Shown: piece after piece, positions 28,197 to 38,354 of the stretch
Layout of the letters: each line of letters opens with the position of its first letter
Position numbering within the stretch: position 1 is the first letter of the stretch
DNA from: an uncultured virus (IMG/VR IMGVR_UViG_3300031687_001200)
Lineage: Duplodnaviria > Heunggongvirae > Uroviricota > Caudoviricetes
Strand: one strand, 5' to 3'
IMG/VR virus record: IMGVR_UViG_3300031687_001200
DNA length: 64,000 bases
The notes under the pieces: generated by a model
The model's database searches: none
Seen by the model: only the letters and a program-made list of their open reading frames with translations
Told to the model about the DNA's origin: nothing
Program-made: the position numbers and the translations under genes

Positions 28197-28627
28197 TGAC
28201 GATGCATTTAGCACAAGGTCTTTCGACTATCCAGAATAAGAAGTATAAGCCTAAAATGACAAAGGCTAATATTGCCAAATGGCAGGCTGGACTAATTGTT
28301 AAAAACAAGCATAACAAACGTTTGGGTATGCCTAAATTAACGTTTGAACAGTATGTAGACTACTGTCATGGTATACAACCTAAGGTAGATCCACGTAGCA
28401 GACAAGCATTCAAACCCAACAGGAAGCCCGTACAAGACACTACGGTATCAGAGTATGATAAGTACCCAAGTATGACAATGTCAAAGGGCACAAGAACTGA
28501 TGGTATTGATGAGAAGTGGGAACAAGAAAAGAAAAATATTAGCAGTCAATACACTATAGCACCAGCATATAATAAAGGTGCATATCAAGTTATTGGTAAA
28601 GCAGACATAAAACATATAGGTAAATGA
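28196..28627 (+). CDS. conserved basic phage protein
   Basis: C-terminal YTIAPAYNKGAYQVI motif typical of T4-like phage hypotheticals. Confidence 0.7.
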   Translation: MTMHLAQGLSTIQNKKYKPKMTKANIAKWQAGLIVKNKHNKRLGMPKLTFEQYVDYCHGIQPKVDPRSRQAFKPNRKPVQDTTVSEYDKYPSMTMSKGTRTDGIDEKWEQEKKNISSQYTIAPAYNKGAYQVIGKADIKHIGK

Positions 28628-28866
28628 CAAAAGAAGAATTAATATTCCTAATAGATAACTTAGGATCGGAAGATAAGAACGGTAAAATCGAAGGCATATT
28701 TATAGGTAGGCACGGCGAAAGAATTGTAACAGATAGTATTCGAGTTGACATGGACGGCGGCAGAATTATTATAGCTCAGTCAGGCTCAGATCAATATAAC
28801 ATAAATAAGAGCAATTGGCAAACAGAGCTAACATTTATTCACCCAGGAGATAATAATGGATTATAG
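28624..28866 (+). CDS. hypothetical protein
   Basis: 80 aa, overlapped start. Confidence 0.6.
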   Translation: MTKEELIFLIDNLGSEDKNGKIEGIFIGRHGERIVTDSIRVDMDGGRIIIAQSGSDQYNINKSNWQTELTFIHPGDNNGL

Positions 28867-29134
28867 TGACCATAGACTATTAAAATTTGAAGACATCAAT
28901 TTTGCTGATGGCATGCACAAAGGCGGCAGGCAAAAACTATTCCATTTTAAAAATGGCTATGGTGCTAGTGTTGTTAAGCATGATAATTCTTACGGTGGTA
29001 AAAGTGGCTTATGGGAATTAGCAGTTCTTCAAGGTGAAGAATTGTGTTATGAGACTGAAATTACATCTGATGTAATAGGTCATCTTAACGATCCAGAAGT
29101 TGATCAACTGTTAGGGAGAATAGCAGACCTATGA
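28856..29134 (+). CDS. conserved phage hypothetical protein
   Basis: FKNGYGASVV..SYGG..GLWELAVL motif. Confidence 0.7.
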   Translation: MDYSDHRLLKFEDINFADGMHKGGRQKLFHFKNGYGASVVKHDNSYGGKSGLWELAVLQGEELCYETEITSDVIGHLNDPEVDQLLGRIADL

Positions 29135-29331
29135 GTAAACCATGGGAAGGCGGCAAAGGCGACACTAGTAGAAGTGGCGGCAACCAATACAAAGACAATT
29201 GGGAAAAGATATTCGGCAACAAGAAGAAAACGCCAGAAGAAGAATTAGAACCAGTTAAGAACGATGGACCTATATTACCAAACGGTTTGGCGAGACATTG
29301 GAAAGAAAAGGTTGACAAAGACGTCAAATAG
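29131..29331 (+). CDS. small hypothetical protein
   Basis: GGKGD..YKDNWEKIFG motif. Confidence 0.6.
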   Translation: MSKPWEGGKGDTSRSGGNQYKDNWEKIFGNKKKTPEEELEPVKNDGPILPNGLARHWKEKVDKDVK

Positions 29332-29395
29332 TATATAATACACACTTAATGCAATAAAGCATTATATCACATAAAGACCCGGAGGGTCGCTCACT

Positions 29396-30556
29396 ATGTC
29401 AAAACTAACACATGCAAATAAAATCAATGCCTTATTCAATGAAGCAGGCAGTAACTTTGTATCACTCGATGCAAGATTAACTCACGCACTAGCAAACAGT
29501 CCGGTATTTTCAAAAATGCTTGACGGCGCAGTAGATGAATTCAAACGTAGAAACAACAAATGGAAGAAGTGGGACGATATTATTTTGTGCCAAGGTGTTC
29601 CAACAACAATGGCACTGGTACAAATTGATACCACTATGCAACGTCCAGTTGACTTGCGACACGTTATTGAAATAATAAACGAGTTTAGCCAAAGTATGGT
29701 AATGCCAATACAAACTTATGTACCAGAAGGAGACAGTCCTTATATTGCTTGGGACGGGCAACACACGATATTAGCACTATATATTATTGCTACTAGAGTG
29801 TTTGGTATGCGTCCACAACAATGTGTAATTCCAGTTAATGTATATGCAGTTACCGACAAGTTAGAAATTAGACGTAACTTTATCATGCTCAATGGCGATG
29901 CTAAAAAGCCGTTAGACTTTATTGATATTTTTAAGCAAATGGTATTTGGTGTTAGGATCGACGGTGCTGATGACCAAGAATGGTTAGACGCAGAACTTAA
30001 ACAGCAGTACTTTGAACAAGCTGGATTGTTTGCAACCAACAGTAAGTTTGGTGACGAAGATGAGCCAGGTGCGTTTACTTTGTTAGCAGATACGTTAATG
30101 ACCAAACATGCAAAAAGTCGTAAGCACCCAGCAGTAACTAAAATGTTTTGTGATTATTGGGGTTATTTAGGACAAGAACGTCCAGTTGCTCCAAAAGAAG
30201 CTAGGGTATTATACGAATACTTTGATGCTTGTTACACACAAGGTATCACAGTTGACGAAGATTATTGCAGAGCATTAGCAGGCTTCACTAAGGAATTCTT
30301 TGAAGGTAACTTTAGTGAGACAGGTGCATTTTGGGATAAGGTAAAACAAAGTTACTCTAATTGGTATCGAGGTGCTAACAAGCACAGCACAGATGTCAAT
30401 ACAGACGGTGAGGTTATTGTTAGAGGGTTTACTACAGAATGGAGAGTTGGCGGTCCGTTCATAATTGCCCAAATTAACAAAAGTACAGAATTACAAACAC
30501 CAACATACACACCAAACAATGGTTATAGTGTTAAGGAGTTTGAATTATGGAGTTAA
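29396..30556 (+). CDS. ParB/Srx-superfamily-like (DGQH) protein
   Basis: MQRPVD...IAWDGQHT...FIMLN; own promoter 29312-29339. Confidence 0.6.
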   Translation: MSKLTHANKINALFNEAGSNFVSLDARLTHALANSPVFSKMLDGAVDEFKRRNNKWKKWDDIILCQGVPTTMALVQIDTTMQRPVDLRHVIEIINEFSQSMVMPIQTYVPEGDSPYIAWDGQHTILALYIIATRVFGMRPQQCVIPVNVYAVTDKLEIRRNFIMLNGDAKKPLDFIDIFKQMVFGVRIDGADDQEWLDAELKQQYFEQAGLFATNSKFGDEDEPGAFTLLADTLMTKHAKSRKHPAVTKMFCDYWGYLGQERPVAPKEARVLYEYFDACYTQGITVDEDYCRALAGFTKEFFEGNFSETGAFWDKVKQSYSNWYRGANKHSTDVNTDGEVIVRGFTTEWRVGGPFIIAQINKSTELQTPTYTPNNGYSVKEFELWS

Positions 30557-30990
30557 GAAACCCGGACAACGATAAAGGTAAATCCCTTAAGATTATTAAA
30601 GAGCAACAAGATGTTAAATGTATGCTCGAGGATTGTACTGAAACATTAAGTACTTTCGAAGGACCAGGTAGTAACATACTATGCAGAAAACATCAACGAG
30701 AATGTAGTGAATATGGCGGAATGGGTAAACCTAGCCGCCCACATACATTCTACAGAGGTTGGGTATGTACCACTTGCAACTATGACCCACGTGAGGACGA
30801 ACTACGGTTTGGACATGTAACAGATCCGTTCATACGGAATAGAGCAATGCGTGGTGTCATGCATGGCGACCACATACAACTAAAGAGTAAAGGTGGTAGC
30901 AACACAGCAGACAACATAGATACATCATGTTGTTTGTGTCATATGGCTAAAACATATATAGAAGGCGACTTCTTAGGAGCAAAACAATGA
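30547..30990 (+). CDS. HNH endonuclease-like zinc-binding protein
   Basis: CTTC...DHIQLKSKGGSNTADNIDTSCCLCHMAKT. Confidence 0.8.
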   Translation: MELRNPDNDKGKSLKIIKEQQDVKCMLEDCTETLSTFEGPGSNILCRKHQRECSEYGGMGKPSRPHTFYRGWVCTTCNYDPREDELRFGHVTDPFIRNRAMRGVMHGDHIQLKSKGGSNTADNIDTSCCLCHMAKTYIEGDFLGAKQ

Positions 30991-31319
30991 TACAAGAACT
31001 AAACATAAATAATTTTGATACACCATGGGCAGACACAGAGTGGAAGAACTTTAGAAATAGTTTATCCGAAGTGTTAAATTCTAATACTTGTACTGTTACA
31101 TTCGATAAGAAGAACGGAGACGAGCGTGTAATGACTTGCACACTCCAACGTGATCTTATGCCTGTTAAGGAAGTTGTCGAAGGCGAAGCGAAGAAGCCCA
31201 GGGTACTTAAAAATCCTGATAACACATTGTCGGTATACGACCTCAATGCTAAAGGCTATCGTAGTTTTGTTGTTCGAAACGTTAAAGCAGTAACATTTGA
31301 AGTAGCGGATGAACAATAA
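30987..31319 (+). CDS. WYL_2/SH3-like phage protein
   Basis: VTFDKKNGDERVMTCT..VYDLNAKGYRSF. Confidence 0.7.
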   Translation: MIQELNINNFDTPWADTEWKNFRNSLSEVLNSNTCTVTFDKKNGDERVMTCTLQRDLMPVKEVVEGEAKKPRVLKNPDNTLSVYDLNAKGYRSFVVRNVKAVTFEVADEQ

Positions 31320-31713
31320 GAAAAACTTTCTTAGTAAAAGTATTCACCATAATTCGGATCCCACACAGTCGCATTTGATTGTGTGTGCTCCGGCAAATGA
31401 TGATGCTGACTATGAGTGGGTAACTGAAGTAGGCATCAGTGAAGCAATTGCTAAGGTTGAAGGTTGGTTTGTTGATAACGATATACCTCATGTAGTTGAA
31501 ATGAATTATGGAGATCCGTGGAGTATAAAGTCTTCACACCAGTTCTCAGTTAATGTGGTCATTCGAGCAGATAAAAGACCTATGACAAAAGACGAGAGAA
31601 TTATATTCGAATTAAAATTTTTAAACAAATTCCCAATAACTAATTTGGGTCCATACATAGAAGAAGGTATGCGTAAAATAGGAGACGCAGAAAGTGAGCA
31701 AGAAAATGACTAA
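31309..31713 (+). CDS. hypothetical protein
   Basis: 134 aa in operon. Confidence 0.6.
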   Translation: MNNKKNFLSKSIHHNSDPTQSHLIVCAPANDDADYEWVTEVGISEAIAKVEGWFVDNDIPHVVEMNYGDPWSIKSSHQFSVNVVIRADKRPMTKDERIIFELKFLNKFPITNLGPYIEEGMRKIGDAESEQEND

Positions 31714-32056
31714 AAAGATATTTAGTGATTATACATATAGACCACTCCCGGAAGGGCTAACTATCAAAGATAGTAGCACACACGGACTAGGATTACATGC
31801 AACTACAAGGTTAGAAGCTGGTGTTGTTCTAGGAGAAACGCATGTACTAGTACACAATAGAGATAGACACGAATGGGTTAGAACTCCACTAGGTGGATTT
31901 ATTAATCACTCGGAGCATCCTAACTGTTACATAAGTACAGACAAGGGCGACAGAAATTTACACACTGTCATTCCAGTTCTCGGTGGAGAAGAACTTACAG
32001 TTTACTATCGTTTTAAAGGATACGATGGTATAATAGGAGATGCAGAGATTGACTAA
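31694..32056 (+). CDS. SET domain protein-lysine methyltransferase-like
   Basis: SSTHGLGLHAT, GGFINHSEHPNC, GEELTVYY. Confidence 0.88.
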   Translation: MSKKMTKKIFSDYTYRPLPEGLTIKDSSTHGLGLHATTRLEAGVVLGETHVLVHNRDRHEWVRTPLGGFINHSEHPNCYISTDKGDRNLHTVIPVLGGEELTVYYRFKGYDGIIGDAEID

Positions 32057-32312
32057 TACTGAAAAGAAAGAGAGTAGAGCTAGAGCATTTAAAGAATCAA
32101 TACAAGATACTGGTTTAGCATTAATTATAAACTTTCCATTGAACATGTTATTGCTGTACATAGCAAATAGAACATTTTTATTGGCATTGTCTGATGAGGG
32201 CAGTCGGATCTTTTGGACATCAGTGTTCTTAACGTTCTTCTTTACCATATTTGCTATTGTAAGAAAAACGTATGTAAGAATGTACTTTGAACGCAAAAAC
32301 GCAAAGATTTAA
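32040..32312 (+). CDS. small two-TM membrane protein
   Basis: Two hydrophobic helices; RKTYVRMYF. Confidence 0.65.
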   Translation: MQRLTNTEKKESRARAFKESIQDTGLALIINFPLNMLLLYIANRTFLLALSDEGSRIFWTSVFLTFFFTIFAIVRKTYVRMYFERKNAKI

Positions 32313-32331
32313 CAAAAGATGTCTTTTTTGA

Positions 32332-32359
32332 CTTGAAATTTACCAAAAAAGCACTATAT
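32332..32359 (+). promoter_or_regulatory. sigma32 (RpoH)-like heat-shock promoter
   Basis: CTTGAAA-N13-CACTATAT upstream of hsp20; late-type ATAAATA also at 32374-32380. Confidence 0.55.
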
Positions 32360-32385
32360 ATTATACTAGTTACATAAATAACTTT

Positions 32386-32760
32386 GCAATTTAAACTACA
32401 AGTGCAATTGAATCGTAAGAGACAAAAGCATACTGTAAAATAAGTTGCCGTTTTATAGGAAAGGACTCCTACACAAGGTAAGTGAATCGTAAGTGAAACA
32501 AACCGAATGGTAAGAAGATTAGAAACTAAAACGCCCAACTGCAAATTTAAGTAGCAGTTTAGTTAATAGGATACTTTTTCGGAAGACACGAAAAATTAAC
32601 GTTGGGATTGTCCACTAAAAGAATTTGAGATGGTAACACCTCAAATAACTTACAAGAACAGTCAAGTAGAATAGAGGAACAGGACACACACTATCGAATG
32701 TACCTCTAATCTGCGATCTTTTTATTCGCCATACGGGTTTAAAAAGAAGAGATAGAAATT
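32386..32760 (+). ncRNA. candidate large structured RNA / long 5' leader of hsp20
   Basis: About 8 stems, GUAA loops, duplicated TGAATCGTAAG, possible pseudoknot TGTCC/GGACA. Confidence 0.5.
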
Positions 32761-32762
32761 AA

Positions 32763-32780
32763 CTTGCTTTTTAAAAGGAG
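32763..32780 (+). promoter_or_regulatory. ROSE-like RNA thermometer hairpin
   Basis: CUUGCUU pairs with AAGGAG SD with bulged G, directly before a small heat-shock gene. Confidence 0.7.
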
Positions 32781-32786
32781 AAAATT

Positions 32787-33242
32787 ATGAATAAGCAGAT
32801 CCGAATCACAACCGATTCACTATCCCCACTATATAAAATGAGCGTCGGCTTCGACAGAATGGCAGAGCAGTTTTTCAACGACCCTTCATTTTCGCAAAAC
32901 GGTACAGGCTATCCGCCTTACAACATCACTAAGAACAAAGACGACATCTATGAAATTACTCTTGCTATTGCAGGATTCAAAAAATCAGATATCGATATTG
33001 AACTTGAAGATGGCACCCTCAAAATTACTGGTACTTCAAATGTACTAGATGCTGAAGAAGGTGATACAGTTGCGACTGAGTACTTACACAAAGGTATTGC
33101 AGAAAGAAATTTCCTTAGAACTTTCAAACTTGCAGAATACGTTGAAGTAAAAGATGCTAAACTAGAAGATGGTTTACTAAGAGTCCAACTAGAACGCAAT
33201 GTCCCTGATGCAATGAAACCGCAAAAAATTAAAATATCTTAA
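32787..33242 (+). CDS. small heat shock protein Hsp20 (IbpA-like)
   Basis: GYPPYNI, LAIAGF, YLHKGIAERNF, LEDGLL, PQKIKI. Confidence 0.95.
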   Translation: MNKQIRITTDSLSPLYKMSVGFDRMAEQFFNDPSFSQNGTGYPPYNITKNKDDIYEITLAIAGFKKSDIDIELEDGTLKITGTSNVLDAEEGDTVATEYLHKGIAERNFLRTFKLAEYVEVKDAKLEDGLLRVQLERNVPDAMKPQKIKIS

Positions 33243-33370
33243 GTTTTGTGGTAAATATGTGGGTAGTAGTAATTTAACTGCTACCTGCTATTACAGTCAT
33301 AAAAGGTTGCTTAATAGTTTAAACTAGTGTATAATACTATTCAAACACACATATAGTAAAAAGGTAACAA

Positions 33371-33670
33371 ATGGCTAAAGAGGCAGTAAAAACAAGAACG
33401 TCAACGGAACTTCGATATCCTTCCAGATTTAATGTTGTTATATATAACGATGACTTTACTCCTGTAGAGTTTGTTATAACTTTGTTAATAGAGATATTTA
33501 ATAAAAATATTTCTTCAGCAAAAACATTAACGCAAACCGTACATTCAGACGGACAAGCAGTAGCCGGAACATATAACTCAGAGATTGCTGAACAGAAATG
33601 TTTAGAGGCAGTTGCAGTATCCAGATCAGCCGGGCATCCTCTACAACTTAAAGTTGAAAAAATAGGATGA
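33371..33670 (+). CDS. clpS: Clp protease adaptor ClpS
   Basis: [33 protein letters not shown]. Confidence 0.93.
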   Translation: MAKEAVKTRTSTELRYPSRFNVVIYNDDFTPVEFVITLLIEIFNKNISSAKTLTQTVHSDGQAVAGTYNSEIAEQKCLEAVAVSRSAGHPLQLKVEKIG

Positions 33671-35124
33671 GCATTGATAACCTCAATACTAGCAAATACG
33701 AACAAGGCTTCGATACTAAAGTAGAAGCGGACAGTTTGCCGCCTGGATTAGATGAAGAAACTGTAAGAAAGATTAGTGCTATTAAAGAAGAGCCAGAATG
33801 GTTACTGGACTTCAGATTAAAAGCATTTAAGAGATGGCTTACTATGGACGAACCTAATTGGAGTGAGCTAACTTATGTGCCTATTGATTACCAAGCACTT
33901 AGTTATTACTCCGCACCTAAGTTTTTTGAAGAAGGTGATATTCCACAAGAGATTTTAGATACGTTTGAAAAGTTAGGTGTCCCATTACACGAACGTGATG
34001 CATTACTTGGTTTAGATACAACTAAAACTGTAGACGAAAGCAAGATCCCATTAGTAGCCATTGATGCAGTATTTGATAGTGTTAGCATCGCTACTACATT
34101 CCAGAAAGAATTAAAGAAACACGGTATTATATTCAGTAGTATCAGTGAAGCAGTAAAAGAACATCCAGAACTAGTTAAGCAGTATTTAGGCACAGTTGTA
34201 CCATACACTGACAACTACTTTGCTACACTGAACTCTGCGGTGTTCACAGACGGTACATTTGTATACATTCCACCTGGCGTTAGATGTCCTATGGAGTTAA
34301 ATACATACTTCCGTATTAATGCTCGTAACACAGGACAGTTTGAACGCACACTTATTGTAGCAGATGCAGACAGCTTTGTTAGTTACTTAGAAGGTTGTAC
34401 AGCGCCAGCATATGATGAGAACACCCTACATGCGGCGGTTGTGGAGCTCGTAACACACGATAGAGCAGAGATCAAGTATAGCACAGTACAAAATTGGTAT
34501 GCTGGAGATGAGAATGGTGTGGGAGGAGTTTATAACTTCGTGACCAAACGAGCCATGTGTAAAGGTGTAGACAGTAAAGTAAGTTGGACTCAAGTTGAAA
34601 CAGGTAGTGCTATCACATGGAAGTATCCTAGTTGCATACTTAAAGGCGATGGTAGTATCGGCGAGTTCTTCAGTGTTGCAGTTACCCAAGGTAAGCAACA
34701 AGCAGATACTGGCACCAAAATGATACACTTAGGAAAGAACACAAAGAGTACTATTATATCCAAAGGCATTAGTTTTGGAGATAGTACAAACACATATAGA
34801 GGATCAGTCAAAGTAAATCCTGGTGCTCACAATGCTCAGAACTTTACCAAGTGCGATAGTTTAATGTTGCAAGACAGTAGAGCATTAACCATCCCTTACA
34901 TCACATGCCAAAATGATAGTGCTAAGATAGAGCATGAAGCAAGTGCTGGAAAGATTAGTGAAGAGCAATTATATTATTTACAAAGTAGAGGTCTCAGCGA
35001 AGACGATGCTATGAATCTAGTTGTTAATGGATTCTGCAAAGATGTATTCCAAAAGTTACCATTAGAATTTGCCGCAGAAGCAAATAAACTATTAAGTGTA
35101 ACACTGGAAGGCGCAGTAGGATAA
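33667..35124 (+). CDS. sufB: Fe-S cluster assembly scaffold SufB
   Basis: [64 protein letters not shown]. Confidence 0.97.
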   Translation: MSIDNLNTSKYEQGFDTKVEADSLPPGLDEETVRKISAIKEEPEWLLDFRLKAFKRWLTMDEPNWSELTYVPIDYQALSYYSAPKFFEEGDIPQEILDTFEKLGVPLHERDALLGLDTTKTVDESKIPLVAIDAVFDSVSIATTFQKELKKHGIIFSSISEAVKEHPELVKQYLGTVVPYTDNYFATLNSAVFTDGTFVYIPPGVRCPMELNTYFRINARNTGQFERTLIVADADSFVSYLEGCTAPAYDENTLHAAVVELVTHDRAEIKYSTVQNWYAGDENGVGGVYNFVTKRAMCKGVDSKVSWTQVETGSAITWKYPSCILKGDGSIGEFFSVAVTQGKQQADTGTKMIHLGKNTKSTIISKGISFGDSTNTYRGSVKVNPGAHNAQNFTKCDSLMLQDSRALTIPYITCQNDSAKIEHEASAGKISEEQLYYLQSRGLSEDDAMNLVVNGFCKDVFQKLPLEFAAEANKLLSVTLEGAVG

Positions 35125-35127
35125 ACA

Positions 35128-35156
35128 TTGACAACAAATAACAAAGGTAGTACAAT
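35128..35156 (+). promoter_or_regulatory. internal sigma70 promoter giving predicted leaderless sufC
   Basis: TTGACA-N17-TACAAT then 6 nt to ATG, no SD. Confidence 0.65.
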
Positions 35157-35162
35157 ACACAC

Positions 35163-35861
35163 ATGCTAAAATTAAAAAATTATACAGTTGAAGGAATATT
35201 CGAAGATGTTAGTTTAACATTTGAAGCTGGCAAAACTTATGTCATAATGGGCAGTAACGGTGTAGGCAAAAGCACACTGATACACAGTCTAATGGGTAAG
35301 CCAGGACTACCAGAAGCAACTGGTTGTGCAAGTTTTCAAGGTAGCGATATTAACGCACTAGAAACAGACGAACGTGCTAGACTAGGCATGTTTGTAGGAT
35401 TCCAAGCACCAACAAGTATTCCAGGTCTAAGTAACTTTCAATTTATTAAACAAGCAACTGGTCTTAAAGTAACAGACATCAAAGAGTCTTTAGGCAAGTT
35501 TAAAGAATTCGCTAACACATTAGGTTTACCAAATGATTGGGATAAACGTAATCTTAACACAGATGCAAGTGGCGGCGAAAAGAAAAAGAACGAACTAATC
35601 CAAATGCTAATGATGAATACAAAGTTAGCAATGTTAGATGAACCTGATAGTGGACTAGACGTAGACGGAATTAAAGCATTAACATCAGAACTAAATGCAT
35701 GGCGTACAGAAGACAATACTTTGATTGTAGTAACACATTACGACAAACTAATTACAGGATTGAATCCTGACGCTGTTATTGTTTTACAAAAAGACGGCGC
35801 TATTAAAGGTGACCAAACTTTAGCAGACAAGATTTTTGCTGATGGGTTCGAAGGTGTATAA
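35163..35861 (+). CDS. sufC: Fe-S assembly ABC ATPase SufC
   Basis: GSNGVGKST, SGGEKKKNE, LDEPDSGLD, VTHY. Confidence 0.93.
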   Translation: MLKLKNYTVEGIFEDVSLTFEAGKTYVIMGSNGVGKSTLIHSLMGKPGLPEATGCASFQGSDINALETDERARLGMFVGFQAPTSIPGLSNFQFIKQATGLKVTDIKESLGKFKEFANTLGLPNDWDKRNLNTDASGGEKKKNELIQMLMMNTKLAMLDEPDSGLDVDGIKALTSELNAWRTEDNTLIVVTHYDKLITGLNPDAVIVLQKDGAIKGDQTLADKIFADGFEGV

Positions 35862-37128
35862 AACTTTATTCGGGCAATCACTGTTAAGCCAGCAAACCAA
35901 TGCAGAAGAGTTCCATAAATTAGAAGACTATGTTGATTACGTTACCTCTAATAATTTTATAGATGAACTACCACACTCTTACTGGGCCAATATACTCCCA
36001 CAGTTAAAAAAGACGTATGAGACTAACATACTATCTTTAAAGGATACTGGACTACCTACTAAACGTAGTGAGCAGTTTAACTTTGCAAACATACATAAAC
36101 TGTATGATATTGATATCCTAAGTGCTGAATCAGATAAAGATAGTTATGACGTTATAGAACGTTTTAGTTATTTGAACGGTAAGACTAAGTCTATTGTATT
36201 AAACGACAGCAGAGTATTTACATCAAATGATTTAGGTAAACGTAGTCCGTTTAACATACAGATATTAGATAGTGTTAATACTAATAAGAACAGACAAAGC
36301 GAATATGTAAAACTACTAAAGCAACAAGATAACTTTAGTAAAGTAACATACGCTCTTTCACCTTTCCCTAACATAATTATATTCCCTAATGGTAGTAACG
36401 ATACGTTTAATAAAAATCCTGTTACAGTCCAGTATAGGAACAGCAGTGATGAACCTAGACTAGAGTGCAACACAACTATTTTTGATGTACAATACAATGC
36501 TAAAGTACATTTAAAAGAAGATGTTAAAACTACAGCAGGACAAATGAATTACAGCATGTATGTTCTTAGAGAAAACTCAGAACTAACAATAGAGCGAACA
36601 ACAAACGATTACGGTGGATGGAATATATTTGATAGTGTATTCATTTGCCACCCTGGAAGTAAACTAACAGTTAAGTTTACAAACACAGGAAGCCAGTACA
36701 CACAAGAAAACTTTTACATTGATAGTAGCAGTAAAACCTCAGTTGAAATTATTGGCAGAAACGAAATTTATAAAGGCAATCAGTATCACCAATATGTGTA
36801 TCAGAAAAGCAATGATCCTGATAACTATAGTTGTATTGATATTCGTAATGTTGGTAAAGAATATGCATCAACTAGTTTTATAGGCAGGTATGATGTTGGA
36901 CCACTAAGCACAGACTTTGATGGTACAATGAACAACCAGAATTTAATGCTAGATAAAAATGTTACTATGCATACTAGACCAGTATTAGATATCCATACAA
37001 AAGAAATCAAGTGTCAGCATGGTTGCACCGTTAGTAATGTTAACGAAGACCATATGTATTATTTACAAAGTAAAGGTGTTGATAGAGTAACCGCATCAGA
37101 GATGCTAATAGAGAGTTTTTTATGTTAA
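35836..37128 (+). CDS. sufD: divergent SufD
   Basis: GLPTKRSEQF, QNLML, TRPVLDI..IKCQHGCTV..YLQSKG; position between sufC and sufS; true start may be GTG 35854. Confidence 0.8.
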   Translation: MLMGSKVYKTLFGQSLLSQQTNAEEFHKLEDYVDYVTSNNFIDELPHSYWANILPQLKKTYETNILSLKDTGLPTKRSEQFNFANIHKLYDIDILSAESDKDSYDVIERFSYLNGKTKSIVLNDSRVFTSNDLGKRSPFNIQILDSVNTNKNRQSEYVKLLKQQDNFSKVTYALSPFPNIIIFPNGSNDTFNKNPVTVQYRNSSDEPRLECNTTIFDVQYNAKVHLKEDVKTTAGQMNYSMYVLRENSELTIERTTNDYGGWNIFDSVFICHPGSKLTVKFTNTGSQYTQENFYIDSSSKTSVEIIGRNEIYKGNQYHQYVYQKSNDPDNYSCIDIRNVGKEYASTSFIGRYDVGPLSTDFDGTMNNQNLMLDKNVTMHTRPVLDIHTKEIKCQHGCTVSNVNEDHMYYLQSKGVDRVTASEMLIESFLC

Positions 37129-38354
37129 GAGTATATCCCAAAGCGAAACAGATTAATGAAATTAGGAATTGTTTTCCTAGTTTAGCATATACTGAATTAG
37201 CATATTTAGATAACGCCGCCAGTTCACAAACTGTAGACAGTGCAATTAAGGCTGTGAGTGATTATCATTATAACTACAGAGCCAATGTGCATAGAGGTGA
37301 TTTTTATACTAGCGGAATTGCTAGTGAGAAGTTTGACCAAGCAAGAGAAGAAGTTGCTAAACTAATTAACTGCGACATATCTGAGATTGCATTTACGGCA
37401 GGCACAACAGATGGCTTAAATATTATAGCAGATTTTTTAAATGACGACAGAACAGTAATACTCACAGAGCTAGAACATCACAGCAATATCCTTCCTTGGA
37501 TGAAGCATGACAAAACTGCAAAAAACGGTAAGTTAGTTATAGTGCCAGCAAGTGATCACGGTGATGTAAGTATAGCAGATTTCCAAAGAGCAGTCGAAAA
37601 TAATCCTGGGAGTGTTGTATCGTTTCTAACACAAAGTAATTTAACTGGAATGAACACACCATGGCAAGAAATGGTACGCATTGCTAAAGCAAATGATTGT
37701 GAAGTTGTTATAGATGCTTGTCAAAGTATTGCACACAAACAAATTGACTTACAAGCAAACAACATTGACTGGCTGGTATTTAGTGGACATAAGATGTATG
37801 CTAGTACAGGATCAGGTGTGTTGTTTCATAGAGGCGGATTTAGTGAAGTACATGGACACGGCTTAGGTGGTGGAACTGCTGAGTTTGTTAGTTTCGACGA
37901 ATACAATTTGCATGGAGACTTTGAACGTATTGAAGCAGGTACTCCAAACGTAGCAGGCGTACACAGTATTGGCGCCGCGGCAAAATGGATTAATGAAATT
38001 GGATACAAAACTATACAAGAGAATGAAGCAGAGTTTTTTAATATGCTTAGAGACAAAGGATTGTTTGAGATTGAAGGATTAAAACTTATTGGACCGTTGG
38101 GACCTAGAAGCGTTTATAGTTTTGTAACAGAAATGTGTAACCCTAGCGACTTAGCAGGATTTTTAAGTTTCGATAAAGTATGTGTAAGGACGGGCCATAT
38201 GTGTGCCCAGCCTGCCAGTAGGCGTTACAACAACAAAGAAACTGGTGTATTCAGAGTTAGCTCTGGCCCATACAATAATGAATTAGACTGTGTTAAATTA
38301 GTGGAGGGAATATGGAAAGCGGTAGACAAGATGACAGCCTCGAAGACCAAATAG
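37122..38354 (+). CDS. sufS: cysteine desulfurase SufS
   Basis: YLDNAASSQ, ANVHRG, EHHSN, FSGHKMY, EAGTPN, RTGHMCAQP. Confidence 0.93.
   Translation: MLRVYPKAKQINEIRNCFPSLAYTELAYLDNAASSQTVDSAIKAVSDYHYNYRANVHRGDFYTSGIASEKFDQAREEVAKLINCDISEIAFTAGTTDGLNIIADFLNDDRTVILTELEHHSNILPWMKHDKTAKNGKLVIVPASDHGDVSIADFQRAVENNPGSVVSFLTQSNLTGMNTPWQEMVRIAKANDCEVVIDACQSIAHKQIDLQANNIDWLVFSGHKMYASTGSGVLFHRGGFSEVHGHGLGGGTAEFVSFDEYNLHGDFERIEAGTPNVAGVHSIGAAAKWINEIGYKTIQENEAEFFNMLRDKGLFEIEGLKLIGPLGPRSVYSFVTEMCNPSDLAGFLSFDKVCVRTGHMCAQPASRRYNNKETGVFRVSSGPYNNELDCVKLVEGIWKAVDKMTASKTK

Noticed and set aside
32537..32620. AACT-GCAAAT as a tmRNA resume site
   Set aside because: Reading frame does not end in an ALAA-type tag and no tRNA-like ends are present
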